The notes under the pieces are model-generated. The model searched no databases, was not told the origin of the DNA, and saw nothing but the letters and a program-made list of their open reading frames with translations. DNA of 63,413 bases, counting the filler, from Chiloscyllium plagiosum (Eukaryota), in NCBI RefSeq assembly GCF_004010195.1. It is 3 parts of one record of this genome, joined end to end, with 100 filler letters (N's around TTAATTAATTAA, not from the genome) between each part and the next. Parts side by side here need not be neighbours in the genome. Positions count along the whole stretch, not along the records: positions 44,234 to 63,413 come from NC_057712.1; 2 more parts are not named here. The stretch is one strand, 5' to 3'. Both the position numbers and the translations under genes were made by a program. Shown here piece after piece: positions 45,272-59,352 of the stretch (positions are counted from its first letter, which is position 1; every line of letters starts with the position of its first letter).

Positions 45272-48200
45272 TTTATTCTGAGTTCTCTTACCATGCATGT
45301 GGCAAAGGCCAAAGACTGTTCCAAATCTGGCTTTCACTTGGGGTCAATTGCCGTCTTAATCACAGTTCAGATCAGAGGAGAGGTCAGTGATGCTGAATAC
45401 AACATTTTTATTCCTTTTTGGGTTATCATAATTATATGCACATTGATGTTGTTGTTAGTCACATCCCCCTAATCTATGCATCCAATCCAGTAAGCATACA
45501 ATCCAAGATGGACAACTTTATCAACTGCCCTAGCTCCTCCCTTATTCTCACGATGTTTACCAGATATCTCCATCATCTCTCTTTGGGATCTTACAATGCA
45601 TCTGACTGTGGCACTCCTTCCCAGATATTTGTCAGCAGCATCACATTATTTGCCAATAACCTAAGTACTCCTTTATCACTAAGAATTCTTCCAAATTTGC
45701 TACCAACATTAATAAGATTAGGAAGGATATTCATTCCTATCAATTGTTATGAAATCTTTAAAATTAACTCTAATATAAAGTGACTACTGTTCTGTGACAT
45801 AGTTGACAAATTGGTAACAACCCCTCTCCCACTTCAGCCTGAAAGATCCAACAAGCAGTCATTCTGACTTGCAGTGCAATTACAACCCTGGCTATTCTCA
45901 TATTATAAATGAGTTTTAAACAAGAGTTCAGTTCTTGAATCAATCTTTTACTATTTCTGGTCTAAACGCTTTCCATTACTAATTTTACTTTCTTACAGTT
46001 GTCTGTGGTTGACTGCTCCTAAATTTGTTTCGCACTAATTTCTTGTTTGCATTTCTAAGTTACAATTACCATTAAGTTCAGAAAATGTAAGATCAGACTT
46101 CTCCTCCTTTTCACTAATAACGAACTAGGGACTGTGGCTTAACTACGCCTTTCAAAAGTACTGCTTAATAAAATGCTTATATGGTTAGAACTGCCTGTAA
46201 GAGGAACCCAGGTAAATTCCTTATCGTTTCTTGTCACCAGGACCTTTTATGACCACCTCCAACCTTTCATTATCTTATCCAATAACTCTGTATGGAGACC
46301 AAAAGTCTGCTACATGTAGCTGCTAACCCTTTCAGCCATCTTGTGTCAACTTTAAAAGCTCAGGTGGCTGTTTTGTCAACTTTAGTCATGGGCCACTATA
46401 ACACAGTAGTTTTAGCAAAATATCATTAAACAACGGATAATCTAATTAATGTCTACAATGTAAGCCTGTCCACCACCAACAACAACACTCAAGAAGCTTG
46501 ACATCATCTGGGATAAGTAAGCCCACTTGATTAGCACCACATCCACAAGCATCCACTCTCTCCACCACCGACATTCAATAGCAGCAGTGTGTACTATCTA
46601 CAAGATGCACTGCAGAAATTCACCAAAGATCCTTAAAGCCTATGATTGCTTTCATCTAGAAGGACAAGGGCAGCAGATATATAGGAACATCATCACCTGC
46701 AAGTTCCTTTCAAACCACTCGCCATTCAAACTTGGAAATGTATCTTTGTTCCTTCACTATCACTGGGTCAAAATACTGAAATTCCCTTCCTTAACAGTAT
46801 TGTGGATCTACCTACAGCACATGGACTGCAGCACTTCAAAAAGACAACTCACCACCATCCTCTAAAGAGCAACTGGGGACGAGGTATAAATACTGCCCCA
46901 GCCAGCGATACCCACTTCCGAAGAGAAACTTTAACGATACGTACTCATCTTTGATTCCAGCCCCCACTCTCACAAAGACAGACAGACAGACATAGATAAG
47001 GAACAAATCAAAAGGAAAATCAATGAGATGTAACTTGCCAATTCACTTAAGCTGGTTCCACAATGTCTAGAATCACCAATACATTGGCTGTATTTTGCTT
47101 CAATTCTGGAGACAGTGATCAATGCAAATAGCTTCCAGTAGGCTTTGAGGAATATTCATTTAATTCTTATAATGTAGGTTTCATTTTCTGAATTTTCAAT
47201 AAGCTGATAACAGGTGGATAACCAAGGAACAAACAAACCTCCATCCTGTAGCTTTGGCAGCTACAATCCTGACAAAAACATACAGTTCAAAACCAGTGCA
47301 CACTTTGGTTTCTCTGTTTTTTTTTTCAAAATCTTCTTTGTTAGACTGATTGTCCCCATAATTCCCTATGAGACCCGAGTCAGCATTCAGTCATCTGCTT
47401 AAGCATAATGTCGCTCCTGAGTCGAGATGTATGTTGTGTACTTTAGACAAAAATCAATCTGCAATTAACTTCTCAGTCTGGCCTCACAAACAAATATCGA
47501 TTTGTTTGTTTTCCCTCTTTTTCTTTTCAAACAAGCTGCAGCTCACAGTCCAAAGGTCACCTTCGGCTCTCAGCTCACAGTTCATGGTTCAAACCAAAAA
47601 TGATGGTTGTGACACTAGCTACAGAGTTACTGTCATATAATCATCACAAGACAGAAGGAAGCTATTTGGCCCATCAACGTCTTTCCATAACATAGAACAA
47701 ATCTACTATATGTAGCTAACTATTGGGGTAAGAATAGAAGTGCATTGCTATATAATATATTTAGAAATCTTTATTTAGGCTCAAGGGTAAACATATTTCA
47801 TCAAGCAAAATTGGATTAAGATGCACTTGTCCACAGTCATTTCAGCTGGAAATAAGGAAAAATGTGCTCAGACTAAGCCCAGGAATTTTCCTCCTTCTTC
47901 TGAATATTTTCAGTCTTTAAGAGTGAGACACTCTGTAACTGACTATGGGGAACTTTAGTCGTGACCAACACACTTCTCGTGCTTTTCTCGGACTGAGATG
48001 GCTCGCAGCCATTCAGAGGCTGGTACCTGCTGTCAGGATCTGCCCCACTTTAAAGGTCCAGGCTGCTGGCTCCACAGAAATACTGAATGTGTTAGGTCAT
48101 TTTTGTGGTGGGGCTTGAGTCATGGAGAGCATGATGACCAGCAACCAGGGAGACGAAAGCAAGGAGCTGGGTTTCAGCAGCCCATGTTGCCCCTAGACTG

Positions 48201-48412
48201 AAACAAATTGAGATTCCCATCCTCAATGAGGCAGGCAGGCCACCCCACCATTGTATTTGGGTAGGCTGCCAATCTTCTTGCCTTCTGGGAATAAATTTAG
48301 TGTGTTACAGGCTGTGTTTAGACTGTTTGACAACTTCAGGATCAGGAAGGTTGATTTTAGGCCTCCTGCCCAGGATATTCCTGAGGTAGCAGCAAGAGAA
48401 TTGTCTTTTTAA

Positions 48413-50250
48413 TTTGATTTGATTTATTAATGTCACGTGTAGCTCGGTACAGTGAAAAGTTTTGTTTTGCGTTTGGTACAGGCACACCATATCATAAAAA
48501 GTGCTTTAGGCTAATAGAACAGAGTGAAGAACGCAATGTTCGGCTGCAGAGAAGGTGCACTATGAGCAAGATCAACATTAAATTTAAAATTTGAGACTTC
48601 CATTCAGAAGTCTAATAACAGCAGGGAAGAAGCTGTTGTTGAACCTGTTGGTACATGTATTTAAGCTTTTTTGTCTTCTGCTTAACAAGAGGTTGGGAGA
48701 GATTATGACCAAGTTGGGAGCAGTCCCAAGGCAGCGAGAAGTGTAGATTGTGTCAATGGATGGAAGGTTGGTTTGCCTGATGGACTGGGATGTGTTCACA
48801 ACTCTTTGTAGTTTCTTACAATCCTGGGCAAAGCAGTTGCCATACCAAGCTGTGATGCATCCGCATAAAATGTTTTCTATGGTGCGTCTATAAAAATTGA
48901 TAAGAGTCTTTATGGACTTGCTGAATTTCCTTGGCCTCCTAGGAATTAGAGGCATTGTTGTGCTTTCTTGATTGTAGTGTCAGTGCAGGTGGACCAGGAC
49001 AGACTGTTAGTGATAATCACTCCCAGGAGCGTGACGCTGTTGACCATGTCCTCCTCAGTACCACAGATGTAGATAGGGGCATCCCCTCCACCTTACTTCC
49101 TGAAGTCGGTGACCAGCTTTTTTGTTTTATTGACATTGAGGGAGAGATTGTTATCTTCACACCATGCCACCAAGCACTCTGTCTCTTTCTTGTATTCTGT
49201 TTCATCATTGTTTGAGATCTGGCCTACAATGATGAACTTGTAGATGGGGTTCGTACAAAGTTTGGCTGCAAGTCATGAGTGTACAGAGAGTACAGTAAGG
49301 GGCTGAGTACACAGCCTTGCTGGCCACTGGTGTTGAGAATTGTTGAGGAGATGCTGTTGCCTATCCTTACTGATTGCGATCTGTGGGTCAGGAAATCGAG
49401 GATCCAGTTGCAGAGGGCAGAGCAGAGACCTCAGTCTCAGCATTAGGAGATTAGTTTGGTTGGGATTATAGTGTTGAAAACACAACTGTAGTCAATAGCT
49501 AGGAGCCTGACAAGGTTTTCTTATTGTACAGATGTTCCAGGGATGGGTGTAGGGCACGTGAGATGGTGTCTGCTGTGGACCTGTTGCACTGGTAAGCAAA
49601 TTGCAAGGGATGAAGGCAGACTGGGAACTAGAGTTGATATGTACCATGACTAACCTCTCAAAGCACTTCATAATTATGGAGGTCAGAGCCACTGGGCAGT
49701 AGGCATTGAGGCACGGTGCATGTGTTTTCTTTGGCACCGGGACGATAGTGGTCTCCTTGAAGCGGGTGCAGACTTCAGGTTGTAGCAAGAAGAGATTAAA
49801 GATGTTAGCGAATACTCCCGCAAGCTGGTCCACACAGGATGTAGGTGCATGGCCGGAACCGCATCTGGGCAAGTCACTTTGCATGGGTTCACTCTCAAAA
49901 AGGCCAGTCTAATATATACAGTCATATATATATGACTGAGGGAACAGGTGCATCAGGGACTGTCAGGGCAGGTGACAGCATTTCACTGACCTTCTGTTTG
50001 AAACAAATGTAAAATGCATTGAGCGCATCAGGGAGGGATGTACCTTTTGTCCACTATTCTGTTCTGCTTTGCTTTGTGGCCCATTAGCCTCGCCACATAC
50101 TGTAGGTGCCTGTGTGGTTTGTTTGGGCCTCTTGATATCTCTAATAGCCTTACGGAGATCTCTAATGGCCTTACAGAGATCGTATCCGAATTTCTTGTAA
50201 AGGTCTGGGTTATCTGACTTGAATGCCTCATACCTGAGACTTCAGTGGGC
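48413..50250 (-). mobile_element. Rex1/Babar-clade LINE relic
   Basis: CVDQLAGVFANIFNL...FKETTIVPVPKK...CLNAYCPVALTSIIMKCFERLV and TLINFYRRTIENILCGCITAWYGNC; ends in aataaatcaaatcaaa on the minus strand. Confidence 0.85.
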
Positions 50251-51338
50251 AATGGTCAATTTGCCTGATTCCAACGCGTCCAATTATTTGCCCTTTCTGT
50301 CACCTTCCCTGCCACTTTTAAGGAGTGGAAAGTTTCCCCCAAAGGAGAAAAGAAAATGACACACCCACTTTTACGAAATATGATGCTCTCGCTCAACACC
50401 TTAGACAATTACCTTATTAATGTAATTCTGACTGAAATACAGTGATGACACAGTAAATTAGTGTCACTGCTTATTGCCATTGCAATAGCAGAGAAAATTA
50501 TAAACTATTGAGTACTGTATACAACTGTATTGTAAGATATGTTGCTGACTAATTTGACTTGCAAATTGAAAAAGTAAACCACTTATTTGGTTTTTTGTGA
50601 AAGTTGACAATTGTGCTATGGTTTCCCGACTCTTCAACTTTCAATTGTGTTTCTACTATCCCACTACTCAAATTCAGCTGTAAAATAAATGTGATAGACT
50701 TAGTGTTCAGTTCGTAGTTGAACATATACATGGTTCTTAACACATAAGGATACAACTGAGGAATATGAGAAATGAGCTAAATTGTACAATTTTACCTTCT
50801 CCACCAGTTTTGTGAAGTAGACATTATGATAACCACAGTTTGAAATGAACAGTCTGAGTGCCTTATAAGAACACCTTTCACGGGTGGAAGAATAAACATC
50901 CCTTTATTCAATCAGCCCTTAATATTTAATCTGGCAGTGAGTATACCTCAGCACTGTGCAGCGGGATTGATGGCTTGGGTGGCTGATTGGGTAGGTGAGG
51001 ATGTGCCCACATAACCTACCCAATGGGGAAACACTTGCTGATTATCCTTTGGGTACTGGAATACCAGGATTCTTCTTTGATTCAAATTTCCAGACTGCTT
51101 AGGCCTTTACTTTTTTGCTGCTTTAGAATGAATTTGCAGTGATTTACGTCTTAACCAGATCTCCTGAATAAACACTGACTTTTTGTTCTAGGTGCTCCTG
51201 CGTGTCCTGGCTTACATTACATTAGTTATGTTCACTGATTCAGTAAATACTGAGGTGTTTATTCATGCAATTAACTTCCAGTTAAAGGTAGCCACCTGAA
51301 CATGTAAATTTTCATTAACGTTGGATCTTCTGTTTAAG

Positions 51339-51451
51339 GTATGGAAAGGCCTTTGAATCTGAGCCAACAGTACATTCTGGGATAAATTTAGCTGTTCTCC
51401 TCCTTGCAGCAGGACATCAGTTTGACACATCCTTTGAACTGCACAAAACAG
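51339..51451 (+). CDS. MAP3K5: MAP3K5 internal exon (113 nt)
   Basis: ttctgtttaAG|G TAT GGA AAG...; (W)[37 protein letters not shown](G) vs human [39 protein letters not shown]. Donor G|GTAATT. Not present in the ORF track. Confidence 0.93.
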
Positions 51452-53719
51452 GTAATTCGTTTCAATTCATGTCTATAAAAATGTTTTTAAACCCAGGTTA
51501 TATAAAGAAGTACCACGGTTAGCTACTATTCAAACTATTAGTTGTCATTGATGCAGTTTTCTTTTAATGTTACACTTGCTGGAATGTTTATCAAGGTATT
51601 TTGGTAAAGACATTTTGCTACAAGATGCCATATCGTCTGTTTGATAGAACTGTGGAATACTGAGTTGAGATTTCAGTCATTTGTACTGACATTTTTCTTA
51701 AATCAAATATTTTACCTTTTAACCTTTACAATTAAAAATCACTGACTCAAAAATAAAATCCATTATGACATGGGGGGGATATCTGAATATTTTTTCCTGC
51801 CTTCACCTTTCCCAATTCTTTTTTGCTTTTGCAAGTTTTTCGCTTGAAGTGCATCATCTCACACTGCTGAATGGGACTTTTGAATCATTACCGGATAATT
51901 TCCCAAATTTCTCTTTAACTAGTGTCACTTTGAATCACTGGCATTTTGCCATCTGGAAATGCCTGAACAGAGACATGCTCTGCCACTTCACTAGCCACCG
52001 GAACATTTCATTAGCCAGCCCAGTGGCACTGGAATTCCTGGGGCTCTGCATGAAGTGGTGCAGCAGCCTTCCCTGCCATCTGCTGGAGGACCCACTTATT
52101 CTATCCACATTCTGGGATCAGGTCATCGTAACTATTAGAACAAGTGGCCTGAACCTGAAAGAGGTGCCAATCCTGGTGCAATGTTTGAAAATTTGAGAAC
52201 ACTTTGTATGCCCAATGGAGGGAGCTCCAAACCCTTTTAGACTGAGAAATTATGAAGCCAGAAAATATTTTTCTCCTGTGGAGAAATGGGGGTCAAATGG
52301 GCTGAGCTTTGAAGTTTCCCTTGGCAGAATCCATATCCTCTTCTGTTGAACTGCAGTGAGGATATAGTGTCCGAGTTCCAGTGTACACTACAGGACCTGC
52401 TGCAGAATTAGTCAGGGAGGGGAGTCCACTCACATTCCTGTGCACCCACTGTATGGAATTTGAGCGACAGTTTGCAGGACTATTTCAAATATGCATCTGC
52501 TTTGAGCTTATGAGGGCTTGGTTTCAGTTGGATGTCAGATGCATCTGCAAAATTAAAAATAAATTTTCTTGACCACAACCGCGGAAAGAGGAAGTACTGA
52601 AGAGTGACAGGTTCTCTTGTTTGTTTTTTTGAATCAGCACAAAACTTCATGCAGACACTGAGCATATAAGTTCATACCCCCTCCCTAAACCAACATGTCC
52701 CACCTCCTCTGTTATAGTATTATGTTAGGGATTCAGTTTGGTGATTCCAGATAGGCAGTTGGGGCATACACCACCTATTTTGTACCCTGATGGACTTTCC
52801 TTGCCATTGAATTGAGTGAAAATGTGGTTTGTCTGAACTTGCCTCTCCAATGTTCAAATTATTAATATACTTATATATTACGCTAAAGTCTTGCTGTGGC
52901 TTTGTTTATGGTCTTTGAAAATGTTGTAAATGGATAACCTATTTTAAATTGGAAGTCCATCAGGTTATCAAATAGTCAGTCAAATAAGGATGGGTGTATA
53001 TCTAAGAATAAACATAATGAATGTGCTAATTGCTGACACTGCCATGTTGCATCTTGTTTTTGAGTGATAAGTGGAAATTGGGTTGACCAATTTTCGGTTG
53101 TAATTTTCAATGTCAGATTTCCCTTAAAACTGCAATTTAGGACCATGTCAACTTCAGAATGTTCAGGGTTGCTGATTAAAACAAATGTTAGAATCCTTTT
53201 GATTCAGTCAACTAGGCCTAAAGTGTATTCACAGACCTACATAGCAAATCCAACAAAATCTGGGAAAAGACTGTTCTATAATATTGATTCTGCACTAATT
53301 GCTAGTTATGTATCATCCAGTTAATTGTAATATGCACTAAATGGATAGATCTTTCTATGAATTGATTGGCGGGTGATGCAGCATGTTTCTTCGCAGTTGG
53401 GGTGACCATTTAAGAAGGAAAAGAATGAGAAAATTATTCAAATATATTTTTGGACTATAGCTATCATTTAATGAAAAGATGAAGCATCAAGATGATTGCC
53501 CTTGAGATGGTAACAGTGACTTGCCTTCTTGAAATGATACAGTCCATGTGGCTTACCTACAGTGCCACTGCTGTTGGAGATAATTCCAGGTTTTTGATCC
53601 AGGGATGTTAAAGGACCAAATCAGGTGGCATTGACTTGAATGGTATTGCACCTCACTGGGGTAGCTCGCTGGAAATCAAACTTCATTTTCCCTGGAGTCA
53701 TCACAGCATTTAAAGATTT

Positions 53720-56090
53720 TATAAAAGTACACACAATTGTATAGTTGTAGAATTTTTATCTGCCTATGCCTTAATTTTTGCGTGTGAATTTTTTCATATG
53801 CTCGTGTGATAGCTCTAGAAATATGGGCATGTAATCCAACATTGAGGCTTACTCATTCAGGTTCAAGAACTTCTCCTGATACAATTTTAATGAACCTCTT
53901 ACCTTGTGACCATATATCAATTGAAATGGACGAAATCCTTCTGATTCATTTGAGGAATCTCTCTTCGCATACAATGAGAAGTCTAATCCTTTCTCCCAAT
54001 CCTGTAGGTATTCATAAGAGTATGCCCTTACTCATGATTTGATGGTATCTCTTCAAAGCTTTCTGGATTTGCAGATGGTATGCAGTTGGCTTCATTTGCT
54101 TTATTGCTAAAGGTGTCCTGGAAAATGTTAGACATCAAATGTCACAATCTGATCAGGGTCGTATCTCCAATTACAGTCCATTAATGAGTCAAAAAAATCT
54201 GTGTGAACGAATCCACTATTGCTTTAGCACTTGCCTTTAAAGGAATAACTTCTGGGAATTCGGTGGTTAAATTCATAATTATAAGGGTGTATTGATCTCC
54301 TTTTCTTTTCAGTAATGGTCCTACACAATCTGATAATATTCAGTTAAATTGTTCTTCAAAATTGGTATGGGTATTAAAGTTGCTGGTTTGCTTATATGTT
54401 GAGGCTTTCCAATCACATGAGGCATGTTTTATCAAACCTGACCTGTCTTATGAAGTTCTGGCCATGAAAGTGTTGTTTATCAATGCATATATTTTCCGTA
54501 TTCCAGTGTGATCTGCCACAGGAATTTCATGTGTTACTTACAATATCTTTCTAGGATATCTGGACAGTGCCACTATTTAACAAACAACCATTCATTCACT
54601 ATCTGCATGTCTGTGAGGATGCCTTTATCTCTTCAACAGAATGCTATTTCTCATATCATCATACTCTAGAACTAATGATCCCTCTAAATTGCACAGCAGT
54701 GCGTGCATGCAATCACTCCAAAGGTCCACACTCAGCATCAAAATGTTCATATCTGCAAGGCACTGCTGTACACAGACCTCAGAGACCCATGTAGCTGGAA
54801 ACAAAATGAGAAGGAATGCTATCTGAAACTCCTTCAGCCTCAGCTTCTGTGTGAACAGTCCGTTTTAACTTTCCTAACCCTCTGGACCTGTTTCCTGACC
54901 CTTAATTAACAAAGACATGCCAAATGCTTCTTTTGAAATATCCTCATTCTTAACTAGAGCTTCAACTTTCCTGATGGTATTAATGAATCACTAGTAATTA
55001 ATTTTGTTTAATCATTGCTCTGGTCACCACACATGTTGGAAAACTACCCAGACCCTGTTCTTACAACTATTCCTTTGTCTCTGTAACCTCAGCTGGACTT
55101 TGTTGTTATAAATTTAACTGTTGCTAAACCATTTCTCAGGATTAAATCAACTGCCAAACCCAGATAATGTTTTAATTGTTCTGATAACCACTAGTCCAGA
55201 TGACAAATCACACTCTAATGGACTTTATACAGTAGAACTGGAATATACTGTCCACCTCTCCCATTTACCAACAATTTGGCTTATATTGAACTCTCTGAAG
55301 GGAAAACTAAATCCTTCTTCAGCAAGAGTTTGAGAAGTCCCTGTATCCTTAGTATTGTTGCATTAATTTGAAGGAAGGGTTGTTGTTTTCCCTTCAGACA
55401 AAAACTCTTCCTAATTCTCATCTACCATTTGTACTTCTCTATTCACAGCAATGTTTTCCGCTGGTCTCTTAGCTACAATTCAATCTGTGGCCTCTTCCTT
55501 TTGAGTTTTCTTTTCAGACTACTCCTAATTCTAATAATTCTTATGTGTTTCTCCTGCAACTTCCAACTTTCAGAATAAATGTCCCCCATCTTGCTACAAT
55601 GGAAACACCACTTTCACTTCCAATTTTCACATTACCCCTCAGTACGTGACAATCTGATCTGAGGAGATGAGCTTGGTACATTCCAGCTGTTTGTTCTTTA
55701 CTGAGGCACCTTCCCTTACTATCAGTCTCCCATTTCCTGTCCCTTTCAAATTTATGAAGGTAACAGAAGAAACGTTTAGTTTTACAATTTGCATATAATT
55801 GTCAGCCATTATTGCTGCTTGTCTAACTGTTGCAACACTTTGGTCCTCAACATAGATTCTTATGATGGAAGGTAGTGAGTTTTTCACTGCCTCTAACAGA
55901 AGAACCTCTCTAAGAACTTTAGACATGGAGTTACATACTTCAAACTTATCATTCTTTGCTGTCAGGCTTTTATTTGCCATTGACATGTCATAGTTATGCT
56001 TTTTACAAAACCAGTTCAAATGTTGTCATCTCAATTAAATTGTGCTTTTACCTTTTTTTTAGTGAGACATGCTATGGGTAACTTGTGCTC
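53720..56090 (-). mobile_element. Decayed Gypsy-type (Gmr1-like) internal region: gag and integrase fragments
   Basis: LREVLLLEAVKNSLPSIIRIYVEDQSVATVRQAAIMADNY (gag/SCAN-like, ~55790-55920); HEIPVADHTGIRK, KPATLIPIP and DWEKGLDFSLYA...PFQLIYGHKVRG (integrase). Boundaries are approximate. Confidence 0.7.
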
Positions 56091-56108
56091 AATCAATTCA
56101 TGGCAGTA

Positions 56109-58653
56109 TTAGAGTCATAGAGTTGTACAGCACGGAAACAGACCCTTCGGCCCAACTTTTAAGGTCACCCTTCAGCTTCTGACGCTCCAGGGAAAAAAGT
56201 TCCAGCTTTAGATTAGATTACTTACAGTGTGGAAACAGGCCCTCTGGCCCAGCAAGTCCACACCGACCCTCCGAAGAGCAACCCACCCAGACCCATTCCC
56301 CTACATTTACCCCTTCACCTAACGCTATGGGCAATTTAGCATGGCCAATTCACCTAACCTGCACATTTTTGGACTGTGGGAGGAAACCGGAGCACCCGGA
56401 GGAAACCCACACAGACACGGGGAGAATGTGCAAACTCCACACAGAGTGTCACCTGAGGTGGGAATTGAACTTGGGTCTCTGGCGCTGTGAGGCAGCAGTG
56501 CTAACCACTGTGCCACCGTGCCGCCCAAATGATTCAGCCTCTCCCCATAGCTCAAATTCTCCAGTCCCAGCAACATCTTTGTAAATCTTTTTGCACCCTT
56601 TCAAGTTTAACAACATTTTTCATATAACAGGGAGACCAGAATTGAATGCAGTATACTAAAAGTGGCCTCGCCAATATCCTGTATAGCTGCAATATGACGT
56701 TCCAACTCCAATAATTAATGCAGTGACCAGTGAAGGCAAGCATGCAAAGTACTGCCTTCACCACCATGTGTACCTGTGACTCCACTTTCAAGGAACTATG
56801 CACCTGCACTCCTATGTCTTTTGGTTCAGCAACACTGTCAAGTAACTTACCATAAAGTGTATAAGTCCTGCCCTGATTTGCCTTTCCAAAACGCAATACG
56901 ACACATTTATCTAAATTAAACTCCATCTGCCACTCCTCAGCCCATTGGCCCATCTGATGAAGGTCACGTTATACTCTTTACTGTCCACTACACCACTACT
57001 ATTGGTGTCATCTGCAAACTTACTAACTATACCTCCTATATTCACGTCCAAATCATTTATATAAATGATAAAAGGTAGTGGAGCCGGTACCGATACAAGT
57101 GGCACACTACTGATCACAGACCTCCAGTCTGAAAAACAACCCTCCACTACCATCATCTGTCTTCTACCTTCAAGCCAATTTTGTATTCAGTTGTCTAGCT
57201 CCCCCTGGACCCCATGTGATCTAACCTTGCTAACCAGACTACCATGCAGAATCTTGTTGAACCCCTTGCTGAAATCCATATACTTAGCATCCATCATTAA
57301 ACCCAGGAGGTCACTTGTTCAAAAAACTCAATCATGTTAGTGAGACATGATTTTCCATGCATAAAGCTATGTTGACTATCCCTAATTGGTCCTTGTTTTT
57401 CCAAATACATGTAAACCCTGTTCCTCAGAATCCCCTGCACCATCTTGCCCACCACAGATGTCAGGCTTACCAGTCTGTAGTTCCCTGGCTTTTCCTTACC
57501 ACCTTTCTTAAATAATGGTACCACATTAGCCACCCTCTTCTCTTCCACATCTCACCTGTGGCTGTCAATGATCCTGATATCTCAGCAAGGGGCCCTGCAA
57601 TCTCATCCCTAGCTTACCACAAGCCTCTGGGTTACACCTGATCAGATCCTGGGGACTTAACTACATTTATGCATTTTAAGACCTCCAACATCACCTTTTC
57701 TGCAACATGGACACTTTTTATGACATCATTATTTAGATCCCTGATTTCCCTAGCTTCCATATCCTTCTCCAAAATAAACACTGACGTGAAATGTTAATTT
57801 AGTATCTGCCCTATCTCCCGTGTTTCCACACACAGATGGCCACGTTGCTTTTTAAGACTCCCTATTCTCTCCCTCATTATTCTTTTGCGCTGAATCTATT
57901 TTTAGAAAATCTTTGGATTCTCCTTAACTCTATTTACCAAAGCTATCTCTTGGGTTTTTTTTACCTCCTGATTTCCCTCTTAAATATACTCCTACTGTCC
58001 TTATACTCCCCTAGGGATTCACTCATCCTAGCTGTCTATGCATGACATCTGCTTCCTTTTTTTTTCTTGACCACAGCCTCAATTTCTCTAGTCATCGAGC
58101 ATTCCCTCAACTTACCAGTCTTGTCCTTCATCCTAACAAGAACATACTGTCTCTGGACTCTTGTTATCTCATTTTTGAAGACTTCCCACTCTCTAACTGT
58201 CCCTTAACCTGCAAACATCTGCCCCCAACCAAATTTTGACAGTTCCAGCCTAATACCATCAAAATTGGCCTTGCTTCAATTTAGAACTTTAACTTTTAGA
58301 TCAGGTCTATCCTTTTCCATAACTATTTTAAAACTAATAGAATTAAGATCACTGGCCCCAATATGCCCCCTCACTGATGCCTCAGTCACCTGTCCTGCCT
58401 TACTTTCCAAGAGTAGGTCAAGTTTTGCCCCTTTACTGGTAGATACATCCACATATTGAGTCAGAAAAATTTCTTGTATGCACTTAACAAATTCCTCTCA
58501 CCCTTAACACTACGGCAGTCCCAGCCTATTTTTGGAAAATTAAAAACCCCTACTGTTTCAACCCTATTGTTCTTTCGGCTATCTGAGATCTCTACACATT
58601 TGCTTCTCAATTTCCCGCTGACTATTGGAGTGCCTATAGTACAACCCAAATGA
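56109..58653 (-). mobile_element. CR1 LINE ORF2 (endonuclease to 3' tail), decayed
   Basis: VGVFNFPKIGW, ANVVPLFKKGGKEKPGNYRLVSLTSVVGK, KFADDT, QWAEEWQMEFNLDKC, LERVQK; tail at ~56109. Confidence 0.9.
56208..56526 (-). mobile_element. HE1-type V-SINE nested in CR1
   Basis: Well-preserved head (gggcggcacggtggcacagtggttagc on the minus strand), V-domain and (TAATC)n tail. Confidence 0.92.
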
Positions 58654-59192
58654 GATCTGGCAGCATTTGCAGATAGGGAAACAAGAGTTAAACTTTGAGT
58701 CCAATGACTCTTCTTCAGAACTCTAAACCCTGATCTGAAGCCCTAAATAAAATTTGGTTCGTAATGTACTGATAGAAGTCATGTTTGAAGTTAGAATCAC
58801 TGTCATTAAAATTTGATCACAAAATAGTCATTTGTGAGGGTGTGTATCTGATACCTTTTAAAGACATTTTGTTTTACATTGAACAGATTTGAACCTAATG
58901 ACTGGCAGCATACACTTCATTTCAAAGCAATGTGCAATTTGGGAAATGATTGATCGAATACTTGAATGGACTTCTATGAAGGTCAACTTTTCAAAGTGTG
59001 CAATTCAAAACTTAGGCTAGACTGAAAACAAAATGGAAACACTTTGTCATTCCTTTTGATCAGTCCAATTAGAACAAATACATGCATATGATTTTTCTGA
59101 AATAAGAAGATTCCTGAGGTTGATTTGAATGTGTTATAATATATCGCACCTCTGTCTGTACTAATCTTGGTGATTTTTCTAATTCTGTCCAG

Positions 59193-59352
59193 GTGTGAAG
59201 CTCAGCAGTCTACTGGGGAAAAAGGGCAATCTGGAAAAAATACAAAGTTATTGGGATGTTGGCTTTTTCCTTGGCGCCAGTATGTTAGCAAATGACCCTC
59301 TCCGAGTTATCATGGCTTCTGAGAAGCTTTTTAAACTCAAGGCACCAGCATG
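59193..59352 (+). CDS. MAP3K5: MAP3K5 internal exon (160 nt), next in frame after 51339-51451
   Basis: ttctgtccAG|GT GTG AAG; (G)[52 protein letters not shown](W) vs human [54 protein letters not shown]. Donor TG|GTAAGT. Confidence 0.95.

Noticed and set aside
45400..47615. Second Gypsy gag/LTR relic
   Set aside because: There are faint gag-like fragments and a ...TGTGACA end, but it is too decayed to delimit or support confidently.
39752..59352. Assignment to MAP3K15 (ASK3) or MAP3K6
   Set aside because: [33 protein letters not shown] and the RPTTVVYVVNEA segment match MAP3K5 better than its paralogues as I recall them.
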